The notes under the pieces were generated by a model that searched no databases, was not told the origin of the DNA, and saw only the letters and a program-made list of their open reading frames with translations. 64,000 bases of DNA from an uncultured Collinsella sp. (lineage in GTDB: Bacteria; Actinomycetota; Coriobacteriia; Coriobacteriales; Coriobacteriaceae), in the NCBI GenBank assembly GCA_905200715.1, contig CAJKLK010000007.1, positions 21,040 to 85,039 of the forward strand, in the 5' to 3' direction. Below are positions 1 to 8,139 of this stretch, one piece after another. Each line of letters opens with the position of its first letter. Position 1 is the stretch's first letter. Both the position numbers and the translations under genes were made by a program.

Positions 1-249
1 GGCATCGGTTTTGGCATTCTGCTCGCCACGATTCTGGTTGAGATCGTGCTGATGTTCATGGGCGTCTCACAGACCATCACCGACCTGATCGTGATCGTGG
101 TGTTCGCCGGCTTTATTGGCTACGACACCTATGTTGCCACGACGGTGCCGCCCACGCTGCCCAATGCGGTGCTCATGGCGTCTAACCTGTTCGTGGACAT
201 TATCAACGTGTTCCTGCGCATTCTGAACATCCTCGGCCGTCGCGATTAA
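1..249 (+). CDS. Bax inhibitor-1/YccA family membrane protein, C-terminal fragment (gene starts upstream of window)
   Basis: Frame 1 is open from nt 1. Hydrophobic TM segments and a ...FVDIINVFLRILNILGRRD tail are typical of the BI-1/YccA family. Confidence 0.6.
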   Translation, partial: GIGFGILLATILVEIVLMFMGVSQTITDLIVIVVFAGFIGYDTYVATTVPPTLPNAVLMASNLFVDIINVFLRILNILGRRD

Positions 250-390
250 AGCGCGGCATTGCGACGCTTCCTGCCGGACACGGTAAAACGATACGAAAGG
301 CGGTCCTTCGGGGCCGTCTTTTTTGTGCGCGGCGGGGTATGATGGATGGGAAAAAGCCGATAGCGGCAGCGACAGGAAAGGTGGCCACGT

Positions 391-1524
391 ATGGCAGATG
401 TCGACAACAGGAACCGTAACCGCAGGTCTAACCGAGCGGGTCAGCCCAATCCCAAGCGCGAGGCGCGTGCCAAGGCCGCCGAGCGCCATGTGGCGGCTGT
501 GTCCGAGGCCTGCGCCAAGGACATCGAGCGTTCGCTTGCCGGCGTGCGCGAGTTCGATGGTATGCCTGCCGGTTTTGTCGCGGCGATGAAGGCCAGGGCC
601 CAGAAGGCTGCGGCTGCCGAGGAGCCGGTTGCCGAGGTTGTGGAGGCCGACGCTGCCGAGGTGGAGACTGCCGAGATGGAGGCTGCGGCCGAGTCCGAGG
701 TGGCACCCGAGTCCACCGAGTTGGCTGATGAAGCCGAGTCCGCGCCCGCGGAGGAGGCTGCTCCGGTCCTGCCCGAGGTCACTGTGCTTGATGCCTCCGC
801 CACGCAGGCAATCCTCGATAACGGCCGCGGCTATGCGCAGTTCTGCGATATGGCTGTGCTCGCCTTTGCCTCGTTTACCAATCCGGGTGGCGGCTATATC
901 CAGGGCTACCTGGGCCAGGAGGCGACGCTCTGCGCCGATTCGTACCTGTACAACGTGCTCGACAAGCAGCGTAAGTGGTACGGCGAGAACCGTCGCCGCA
1001 ACATCAACTGCGAGCTTTACCGCAATCGTGCGCTGGTGGTGCCCGCCGTGCGCTTCGACCGCAACCACGTGCACGCTTACGCCGATGTGATCGTTGCCGC
1101 CGCACCCAACGTCAAGCGTGCCCGCCAGGAGTACCGCGTGAGCGACGACGCCCTGTTGGATGCCCTGCGCGATCGCATCCGCTTTGTGCTCGCCATTTGC
1201 GACGAGCTGGGTCGTGAGAAGCTCGTGCTGGGTGCTTGGGGCTGCGATAATAACGGCTTTGATGCCGAGGTCGTAGCCGAGCTCTTCCGTAAGGAGCTCG
1301 CGTCGGGCGACTTTAAGGTCAAGCAGGTGTTCTTTGCCGTGCCTTCTACGCGCTGGGATGATGACTTCGCCAAGTTTGAGCACGTGTTGGCAAGCTTCCC
1401 CGAGCGTAACGAGGAGTCCTATGCTCAGGTTGCCGCCCGCGCCGCGGCCGCCCGTGCCGCCGAACAGGCTCAGGCCGCTGCCGAGGACGATGAGGATGAC
1501 GACGACTGGCGCAAGTACCTGTAA
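391..1524 (+). CDS. TIGR02452-type macro-domain (microbial PARG-like) protein with Ala/Glu-rich N-terminal extension
   Basis: C-terminal about 230 aa carry FTNPGGGYIQGYLGQEATLCADSYLY ... LVLGAWGCDNNG, as I recall for the TIGR02452/DUF2263 macro-domain family. The first 140 aa or so are low-complexity. A terminator hairpin follows. Confidence 0.6.
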   Translation: MADVDNRNRNRRSNRAGQPNPKREARAKAAERHVAAVSEACAKDIERSLAGVREFDGMPAGFVAAMKARAQKAAAAEEPVAEVVEADAAEVETAEMEAAAESEVAPESTELADEAESAPAEEAAPVLPEVTVLDASATQAILDNGRGYAQFCDMAVLAFASFTNPGGGYIQGYLGQEATLCADSYLYNVLDKQRKWYGENRRRNINCELYRNRALVVPAVRFDRNHVHAYADVIVAAAPNVKRARQEYRVSDDALLDALRDRIRFVLAICDELGREKLVLGAWGCDNNGFDAEVVAELFRKELASGDFKVKQVFFAVPSTRWDDDFAKFEHVLASFPERNEESYAQVAARAAAARAAEQAQAAAEDDEDDDDWRKYL

Positions 1525-1549
1525 TCGGTACGTGCCGACAGATAGGTCG

Positions 1550-1585
1550 AGCCGGCGGGAGGGCTGCTCCCGTCGGCTTTTTATT
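1550..1585 (+). terminator. rho-independent terminator
   Basis: AGCCGGCGGGA-loop-TCCCGTCGGCT stem followed by TTTTTATT. Confidence 0.7.
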
Positions 1586-1601
1586 GAGTGGGGAGCTTAC
1601 G

Positions 1602-2261
1602 ATGAAAAACGTTCTGTGCTTTGGTGACAGCAATACCTATGGCTATGATCCGGCTGGTATGCGCGATGGCACCGCGGTGCGCTATGCGCAGGATGTGCGC
1701 TGGTGCGGCGTGGCGCAGCGTGACCTGGGCGATGGCTGGCATGTGATTGAGGAGGGGCTTAACGGCCGCACGACGGTGCGCGACGATATGTGCCATCTGG
1801 ACACTAACCTCAACGGCATTCGCGCGCTTCCGATGCTGCTCGAGGCCCATAAGCCGCTGGACGCCATTGTGATCATGCTGGGTACCAACGACTGTAAGAC
1901 GGTCTTTAACGTGACAGCTTCCGATATCGCCCGTGGCGCCATGGCACTGATTCGCGCCGTCCGCGCGTTTCCGTGGACCGACGCTGCGCCTTGTCCGCGC
2001 ATTCTGCTGATGGCTCCTATCAAGATCAAGTCGCAGATTGCCGATGTGTATATGACCGACTTTGACAAGCATTCCGTTGAGGCATCTGAGCATTTTGGCG
2101 AGTACTATGCGCACGTGGCCGAGCAGTTTGGCTGCGACTTTTTGAATGCCGCCGAGTTTGCCGAGCCGGGCGATATCGACTACCTGCATATGATGCCCGA
2201 AAGTCACGAGAGCCTGGGGCACGCCGTGGCAGCCAAGCTCCAGGAGATGCTCGGTGAGTAG
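1602..2261 (+). CDS. SGNH/GDSL family hydrolase
   Basis: N-terminal VLCFGDSNTYGYDP (GDS block), then GxND-type LGTNDC. ATG at 1602 sits behind GGGGAG. Confidence 0.8.
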   Translation: MKNVLCFGDSNTYGYDPAGMRDGTAVRYAQDVRWCGVAQRDLGDGWHVIEEGLNGRTTVRDDMCHLDTNLNGIRALPMLLEAHKPLDAIVIMLGTNDCKTVFNVTASDIARGAMALIRAVRAFPWTDAAPCPRILLMAPIKIKSQIADVYMTDFDKHSVEASEHFGEYYAHVAEQFGCDFLNAAEFAEPGDIDYLHMMPESHESLGHAVAAKLQEMLGE

Positions 2262-2270
2262 CGCGACCCC

Positions 2271-2310
2271 AAGCCACCACAAAGGTGCCCTTGCGGTGGC
2301 TTGTTTCGTT
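2271..2310 (+). terminator. terminator-like hairpin after the GDSL gene
   Basis: AAGCCACCAC...GCGGTGGCTT stem followed by GTTTCGTTT. Confidence 0.5.
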
Positions 2311-2532
2311 TGCTTGTCTTGATCTGTAACAGTTTTAAGGTCGAAAACGGGCTAGATGTTACAGATTGAGATAATTTAGGTCGATATCGGTCGTTTGTCT
2401 CGATCTGTAACATCTAGGGTCGATTTTGCCGAGTTACTGTTACAGATCGAGATTATCTTCTCAGCGGAATTTGGATGTCTCAATCTGTAACAGGTGGGCC
2501 GAAAAATGGGCTCTAACTGTTACAGATCGAGA
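2307..2532. repeat. array of six alternately inverted 16-mers (TCTCGATCTGTAACAG / CTGTTACAGATCGAGA)
   Basis: Copies at 2307, 2357, 2398, 2437, 2478 and 2517 alternate in orientation. They form three tandem units of about 80 bp, each able to fold into a 16-bp stem. Confidence 0.85.
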
Positions 2533-2589
2533 TGTTTGTGGAAACCACCGTAAAGGTGCCTGTCCCCTTTGTGGCGGTTTGGGGCGGGC

Positions 2590-3420
2590 CTAGTACTGCC
2601 ACATGTGGTTGACGGGGCCGGAGCCTTTACCCATGTCAAAGCCGGCGGCGAGAGCGCCGGTTAGGTAGGCCTTGCCGGCGTTGACGGCGTCGGCAAGTTC
2701 CATGCCCTGGGCCAGCGCGCAGGCGATGGCGGACGAAAGCGTGCAGCCAGTGCCATGCGTGTTGCCGGTCTCGATGCGCTTGTGGCGGAACCACGTGGTG
2801 AGTGGATCGCCCAGGTGGTTACCCTCGTCATCGAGCGGCGCGGGCTCTGCTAGCACATCGTTGGCCTCGTTGACAAAATGCCCGCCCTTAACGAGGGACG
2901 CGCAGCCAAAGCGACGGGTGAGAATCATGGCAGCGTTTTGCTGTGTGCGCTCGGAATCGACCTCGTAGTCGAGCAGCGCCATGGCCTCGGGTATGTTGGG
3001 CGTGATGACGGTCGCCAGCGGGAACAGGCGACGCGTGAGCGCCTCGGTGGCATCCTCGGCAATGAGGCGAGCGCCCGAGGTGGCGACCATGACGGGGTCG
3101 ACGACGATATTTTGTGCGTCCCAGGCACTCAAGCGGTCGGCGATAACCTCGATAATCTCGGCAGAGGAGACCATGCCGATCTTGACGGCGCTCGGGCGAA
3201 TATCGTCAAAGACGGCGTCAATTTGCGCAGCGACGATATCAGGGGAGATATTCTGTACGGCGGTGACGCCGAGCGTGTTTTGTGCGGTGATGGCGGTGAT
3301 GGCTGTCTCGGCATACAGGCGGTGCGCCGTGATGGTCTTAATGTCTGCCTGAATGCCGGCGCCACCGCTGGAATCGGATCCTGCGATGGATAGAACGGCA
3401 GGTACCTTGCTACGATCCAT
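2590..3420 (-). CDS. thiD: bifunctional hydroxymethylpyrimidine/phosphomethylpyrimidine kinase
   Basis: SIAGSDSSGGAGIQADIKT N-terminal motif. Full-length 276 aa, downstream of thiC on the same strand. Confidence 0.9.
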   Translation of the reverse strand: MDRSKVPAVLSIAGSDSSGGAGIQADIKTITAHRLYAETAITAITAQNTLGVTAVQNISPDIVAAQIDAVFDDIRPSAVKIGMVSSAEIIEVIADRLSAWDAQNIVVDPVMVATSGARLIAEDATEALTRRLFPLATVITPNIPEAMALLDYEVDSERTQQNAAMILTRRFGCASLVKGGHFVNEANDVLAEPAPLDDEGNHLGDPLTTWFRHKRIETGNTHGTGCTLSSAIACALAQGMELADAVNAGKAYLTGALAAGFDMGKGSGPVNHMWQY

Positions 3421-3601
3421 GTTCGCTCCCTTGTTCGGTTGGATTCAAATGGGTCTTCTACCTGCATTATAAAGTTGCCCGGGCCGGCTGTATGCCGATC
3501 CCGGGCTGGTGGTGCAATCTTTACGCAAATGTTAGCAAATGTTCACACGTCAACAATTGACGGGCCCCGCAGCAGGCTTGCGGGCGATTGCCTCGTAAAG
3601 G

Positions 3602-4936
3602 CTAGTCCTCCATGCCGAGGTCGATCGTCGTGCCCTCGAACACCTTGTTGACGGTGCGGACGGCGCACATCTTGCCGCACATGGTGCAGGTGCCCTCGGT
3701 GGCGGCAGGGGATTCCTCGTAGCGCTTCTTGCCGGTGACCGGGTCGAGAGCACACTTCCACATGGCATCCCAGTCGAGTTTGCGGCGTGCCTGGCCCATC
3801 TTGTCGTCCATGTCGCGGGCGTGCGGCACCTTCTTGGCGATATCAGCGGCGTGCGCGGCAATCTTAGTGGCCATGAGGCCGTCGAGCACATCCTGGGCGT
3901 TAGGCAGGCATAGGTGCTCTGCCGGCGTCACGTAGCACAGGAAGTCGGCGCCGGAACTGGCGGAGATGGCGCCGCCGATGGCGGCGGTGATGTGGTCGTA
4001 ACCCACGCCGATATCGGTCACCAGCGGCCCCAGCACATAGAACGGGGCGTTGTGGCACAGGCGCTTCTGCAGCTTCATGTTGGCGGCAATCTCGTCGAGC
4101 GCCATGTGGCCCGGTCCCTCGACCATAACCTGGACGCCGGCTGCCCAGGCGCGCTTGCACAGCTTGCCCAGCTCGATCATCTCGGCGGTCTCGGTGGCAT
4201 CGTTGGAGTCGTAGAGGCAGCCCGGACGGCAGGAGTCGCCGAGCGAAATCGTCACGTCGTACTCGTGGCAAATCTCGAGCAGCTCGTCAAAATACTCGTA
4301 GAAGGGGTTTTCATTACCGGTGACCTCCATCCAGCCAAACAGCAGCGAACCGCCGCGACTGACGATGTTCATCAGGCGGCCGGTTTCCTTAAAGGTCTTG
4401 GTGACTGACTTGTTGATACCGCAGTGGATGGTCATAAAGTCCACGCCATCCTCGGCGTGCGCGCGCACGACCTCGAACAGGTCGTCCTTGGTCAGCTTGA
4501 CCAGCGGCTTTTCCATGTAGCCGATGGCGTCGTACATGGGGACGGTGCCCACCATGAGCGGCGTCTCGTCGATGAGCTGCTGGCGGAACTGGCGCGTCTT
4601 GCCCGAGTTGGAGAGGTCCATGATGGCGTCGGCGCCAAAGTCCTCGGCGATCTTGACCTTCTTCCACTCCTCGGCGGCATCGGCCTTGTCGCCCGAGATG
4701 CCCAGGTTGACGTTGACCTTGGTGGACAGGCCCTCGCCGACACCAAAGGCGCGCATGCCCTTTTTGATATGAACGATGTTGGCGGGAATGGCGATGCGGC
4801 CGTCGGCCACGCGCTCGCGGATGTACTCGGGGTCGCGATGCTCGCGCTCGGCAACCTCCTTCATCTGCGGTGTGATCTGCCCGGCGCGGGCGAAGTCGAT
4901 TTGCGTGACGAGCTTGGGCTCGGTCTGTGTGCTCAT
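3602..4936 (-). CDS. thiC: phosphomethylpyrimidine synthase
   Basis: ThiC-length protein with a conserved core and a C-terminal CTMCGKMC cluster motif. Start taken at MSTQTEP (ATG complement at 4934-4936). Confidence 0.95.
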   Translation of the reverse strand: MSTQTEPKLVTQIDFARAGQITPQMKEVAEREHRDPEYIRERVADGRIAIPANIVHIKKGMRAFGVGEGLSTKVNVNLGISGDKADAAEEWKKVKIAEDFGADAIMDLSNSGKTRQFRQQLIDETPLMVGTVPMYDAIGYMEKPLVKLTKDDLFEVVRAHAEDGVDFMTIHCGINKSVTKTFKETGRLMNIVSRGGSLLFGWMEVTGNENPFYEYFDELLEICHEYDVTISLGDSCRPGCLYDSNDATETAEMIELGKLCKRAWAAGVQVMVEGPGHMALDEIAANMKLQKRLCHNAPFYVLGPLVTDIGVGYDHITAAIGGAISASSGADFLCYVTPAEHLCLPNAQDVLDGLMATKIAAHAADIAKKVPHARDMDDKMGQARRKLDWDAMWKCALDPVTGKKRYEESPAATEGTCTMCGKMCAVRTVNKVFEGTTIDLGMED

Positions 4937-4940
4937 TGGC

Positions 4941-5036
4941 ACGGCTCCCTTCGTTGGCATTACCCATATCAGGTTTGCGGGTCAGGGCGGGCGCGCCCAG
5001 TCTCAGCCTGCCGTCTTGTCCTGCAAGCTCCCCGTT
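4941..5036 (-). ncRNA. TPP (THI-box) riboswitch
   Basis: Minus strand reads ACGGGGAG...GGCTGAGA...TGACCCGCAAACCTGATATGGGTAATGCCAACGAAGGGAGCCGT, immediately 5' of the thiC start. Confidence 0.85.
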
Positions 5037-5106
5037 GTGTCATGGGCTCAAGTATAGCCTGAATGGGTACGATTGGGCCAACGAGCGTGCCTGTGGGGAG
5101 GCGAAC

Positions 5107-5622
5107 ATGGAAGACAAGCATCTATATCGAGAGACGCAATGGGATGTATCGGCCGAGGAAAGCCGTGCACACCATGGCCTTGTCGCGATTGGTTTTGCCG
5201 TGCTTGCCGTGCTGGTGATTGCCTTTTGTATCTGGACGTTTGGCGGTCGCGGCGGCGCTGCCTGGGAGTTTGAGGCCGACGATGCCCTGCCGATCATGAC
5301 GGTGAAGGTCGCTGGTGGTTACACGGTGGCCGCGCCGGGCGACTATTGGTATCCGCGCGACGAGTTTGTGCAGCTGCAGCTGAGCGGTGGCTCTATTCCT
5401 GGTGAAGAGATCGAGCGCGTGACCTTCGATGCGTCGCTTAAGACGCTGTCGGTCGAGCTCAAAGATCAAGGGGATGTGCCCACGACGATGGATATCGCGC
5501 TGACGGAATGGCGCCTGGAGCCCCCGTCGGGTGTTGCGGTGTCTGAGGTGGAGCATGTCAAGATTACCTATCAGGACGGCTCGACAAACGAAGTTGCCAA
5601 AGCCGACGGCTTGGCGGAATAG
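5107..5622 (+). CDS. hypothetical membrane-anchored protein
   Basis: ATG at 5107. One N-terminal TM segment (LVAIGFAVLAVLVIAFCIW), then a soluble domain. No family recognised. Confidence 0.4.
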   Translation: MEDKHLYRETQWDVSAEESRAHHGLVAIGFAVLAVLVIAFCIWTFGGRGGAAWEFEADDALPIMTVKVAGGYTVAAPGDYWYPRDEFVQLQLSGGSIPGEEIERVTFDASLKTLSVELKDQGDVPTTMDIALTEWRLEPPSGVAVSEVEHVKITYQDGSTNEVAKADGLAE

Positions 5623-5662
5623 ACGCCGTGCCTAGGCAGCACATTCAAAAGCAGCGGTGGTC

Positions 5663-6472
5663 CTACAAGGTCTGTTCATTCAGGAAGACCAAAGTGTTTT
5701 TATTTGAAAGCTCGGGAAAGTGACGATAACCAACGTCAAACGCGGTGAGCCCGCTTACATCCTCGAGCTTGTTTTCTGCCATCCAGCGCACCATGGAACC
5801 ACGTGCCTTTTTGCTGGCGGTCGAGCGCTGGATGGGCTTGCCGTTGCGGATGCCTTCGCCAAAGAGGCACGTGACGACCGTGGCGTCGCCCGCGAGATGG
5901 GGCAGAACGGCTTTGGCGTACTCTACGCTGGCGAGGTTGACGATCGTGGTGTTTGAGCCTGCCGGGGCGATAGCCCGCGCGAGCTTGTCGCTCCAAAACG
6001 CGTAGAGGTCTGGGGCATCGTCAACGGCGAGCTTCGCGCCCATCTCCAGCCGATACGGTTCAACGGCATGAAAGGGACGCACGCATCCGTAGAGTCCCGA
6101 GAGAATCCAGAGATGGTTTTGCAGCCAGTCGAGCTGCGCGGAATCCATCACTTCGGGCGCCATGCTCTGGTATTGAATGCCGTGATAGGACATGACGGCA
6201 GGGGAGAGGTGACGGGCGAGTGCGGGATTGTCGAGATCGCCGTTTTTCAGGATGGGCCCAAACTCATGCAGGGTGTTGAGGCAAGGCCCCAGCAGTTTGT
6301 CACTCACGTTCCATAGTGCCTGCAGGCCGCCGGTGCCTTCATTCCGCTCGATATCTAGCAGTGCGCGGTGGAGACGAGCCGTCTCGTGCGCAAAAGGTGG
6401 AATGCCCAGGACTTCAAAAGCATCTTGGGCCGCGCGCATTTGCTTGGCGGGCGAAATGATGACCTGCAGCAT
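5663..6472 (-). CDS. yaaA: peroxide stress protein YaaA (UPF0246/DUF328)
   Basis: MLQVIISPAKQM N-terminus is the YaaA signature. ATG complement at 6470-6472 sits behind GGAGAG. Confidence 0.85.
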   Translation of the reverse strand: MLQVIISPAKQMRAAQDAFEVLGIPPFAHETARLHRALLDIERNEGTGGLQALWNVSDKLLGPCLNTLHEFGPILKNGDLDNPALARHLSPAVMSYHGIQYQSMAPEVMDSAQLDWLQNHLWILSGLYGCVRPFHAVEPYRLEMGAKLAVDDAPDLYAFWSDKLARAIAPAGSNTTIVNLASVEYAKAVLPHLAGDATVVTCLFGEGIRNGKPIQRSTASKKARGSMVRWMAENKLEDVSGLTAFDVGYRHFPELSNKNTLVFLNEQTL

Positions 6473-6494
6473 GGACTCTCCTCTGCCAAAAAAG

Positions 6495-6562
6495 AAGTTG
6501 CGGTGGAATACGGTCTGTTTTGGCCGTTTATGGGCCAGTTTAGTCCGTATTTCACCGCAACT
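6495..6562. repeat. REP-like palindromic element, family A, copy 1
   Basis: AAGTTGCGGTGGAATACGGTCTG ... TAGTCCGTATTTCACCGCAACT. Same termini as the copies at 27476 and 41785. Confidence 0.85.
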
Positions 6563-6575
6563 GATGAAGGGTTGG

Positions 6576-7973
6576 TTAGGCGCGCTCGAGGAAGGCCTTG
6601 TAGCCGCGGTAGGCCTCGTAGATATCGGCCTTGCTGGCGACCTCCCACAGGGCGTGCATGGACAGGACGGCAACACCGGAGTCGATGACGTTCATGCCGT
6701 ACTTGGCCATGATGTAGGCGATGGTGCCACCGCCACCCGCGTTGACGCGGCCGAGCTCGCAGGTCTGGAAGTCAACGCCCGCCTCGTCCATGATGTCGCG
6801 GATGAGGGCCACGTACTCGGCGTCGGCGTCGTTAGAGCCGCTCTTGCCGCGGCTACCCGTGTACTTGTTAAAGCACAGGCCACGACCCATAAAGGCTGCG
6901 TTCTTGGTCTCGAACTTGCCGGCGTAGCCCGGGTCGAAGCCGGCGGACACGTCAGAGGAGAGCATGCGGCTGTGGGCGAGTGCACGGCGCAGGGCCAGCG
7001 GGCTATCCTCGCCGGCGAGCGTCATGATCTCGGCGACGGTGTTCTCGAAGAAGCGGCTCGTCATGCCGGTGGCACCTACGGAACCGATCTCCTCCTTGTC
7101 GACGATGAGCGTGATGCTCGTGCGCTCCACGTTGGCGACGTTGATCTGGGCGAGCATGGACGGATAGGCGCAGACACGGTCGTCGTGGCCATAGCCCAGA
7201 ATCATGGAGCGGTCGAGGCCCATGTCGCGGGCCGGGCCGGCGGGCACGACCTCGATTTCGGCGGAGAGGAAGTCCTCCTCCTCGACGTCATACTGCTCCT
7301 TGAGGATGTCCAGGAACATCTGCTTGACGGGCTCCTTGGGAGCGTCTTTGTCGTCCTCATCGAACTTGACGGGACGGCCGCCCACGATCACGTCGAGGAT
7401 CTCGGCGTCGACGGCGTCCTTGGCGGGCTTGGCCATCTGCTCGCTCGAGAGGTGGATCAGCAGGTCGGAGATGGTAAAGACCGGGTCGTCGGCCTTGTCA
7501 CCGATGTTGATGTCGACGGTGGTGCCGTCCTTTTTGCAGATGACGCCTACGAGTGCGAGCGGGGAAGCGACCCAGTGGTAGCTCTTGACGCCGCCATAGT
7601 AGTGCGTGTCGAGATAAGCCATGTCGCCGGCCTCGAAGGTGGGGTTCTGCTTAAGGTCCAGGCGCGGCGAGTCCACGTGGGCGCCCAGGATGTTAAAGCC
7701 CTGCTCGAGCGGGGCGGTGCCCAGGTTGACGAGCATGAGGTCCTTGCCGTGATTGGCGGCGTACACCTTGTCGCCGGCCTTGAGCGCGCGGCCCTCGGCG
7801 ATCACGGTCTCCAGATTGACGTAGCCCGCCTCCTCGGCCATCTTGATACCGGTCTTGACGCACAGGCGCTCGGTCTTGTTCTCACTCAAAAACTGCTTAT
7901 AGCCGCGGCAAAGCTCCTCGAGCTCCTCGATCTGCTGTGGCGTGTACTTTTTCCATGCGCAGGGACGCTCCAT
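6576..7973 (-). CDS. M18 family aminopeptidase
   Basis: LGAHVDSPRLDLKQNP and YYGGVKSYHW blocks. Start at MERPCAWKKY (ATG complement 7971-7973) behind AAGGAG. Confidence 0.8.
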   Translation of the reverse strand: MERPCAWKKYTPQQIEELEELCRGYKQFLSENKTERLCVKTGIKMAEEAGYVNLETVIAEGRALKAGDKVYAANHGKDLMLVNLGTAPLEQGFNILGAHVDSPRLDLKQNPTFEAGDMAYLDTHYYGGVKSYHWVASPLALVGVICKKDGTTVDINIGDKADDPVFTISDLLIHLSSEQMAKPAKDAVDAEILDVIVGGRPVKFDEDDKDAPKEPVKQMFLDILKEQYDVEEEDFLSAEIEVVPAGPARDMGLDRSMILGYGHDDRVCAYPSMLAQINVANVERTSITLIVDKEEIGSVGATGMTSRFFENTVAEIMTLAGEDSPLALRRALAHSRMLSSDVSAGFDPGYAGKFETKNAAFMGRGLCFNKYTGSRGKSGSNDADAEYVALIRDIMDEAGVDFQTCELGRVNAGGGGTIAYIMAKYGMNVIDSGVAVLSMHALWEVASKADIYEAYRGYKAFLERA

Positions 7974-8139
7974 GACGCAGGCTCCTTTCGGATCGATCGT
8001 GCTGGTTGATGTACCGTGAGCCATCGTATCACGCACGGGCCCGCGGCGGCAGGGAAGCCTGATGTGCGGTGGCCGCGGGGCGGGGAGCGTGTAAACTGGT
8101 GTGAGCAAACCGTGCCCAGCCCAAAGCGAGGTATTCAAT

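Noticed and set aside
67-1383. Long antisense or alternative-frame ORFs throughout the window. Examples: 67-1383 (-), 6228-8009 (+), 33632-35731 (-), 46544-48415 (-), 51705-53267 (-), 53227-55239 (-), 59087-61270 (-).
   Set aside because: - They overlap well-supported conserved genes on the other strand.
- Their composition is Arg/Gly/Ala/His-rich, typical of high-GC shadow frames.
- They lack RBSs and recognisable motifs.
2204-2413. 69-aa ORF on the minus strand across the repeat array
   Set aside because: - It runs through the terminator hairpin and the repeats.
- It has no RBS, and its composition is driven by the repeat sequence.
2307-2532. Possible CRISPR array
   Set aside because: - The repeats are only 16 nt and alternate in orientation instead of being direct.
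- The spacers are related to each other.
- No cas genes or leader are nearby.
3525-3543. Tandem GCAAATGTT x2 between thiC and thiD
   Set aside because: Only two 9-mers are present. They are too short to separate from chance, and no second TPP-riboswitch core is present there.
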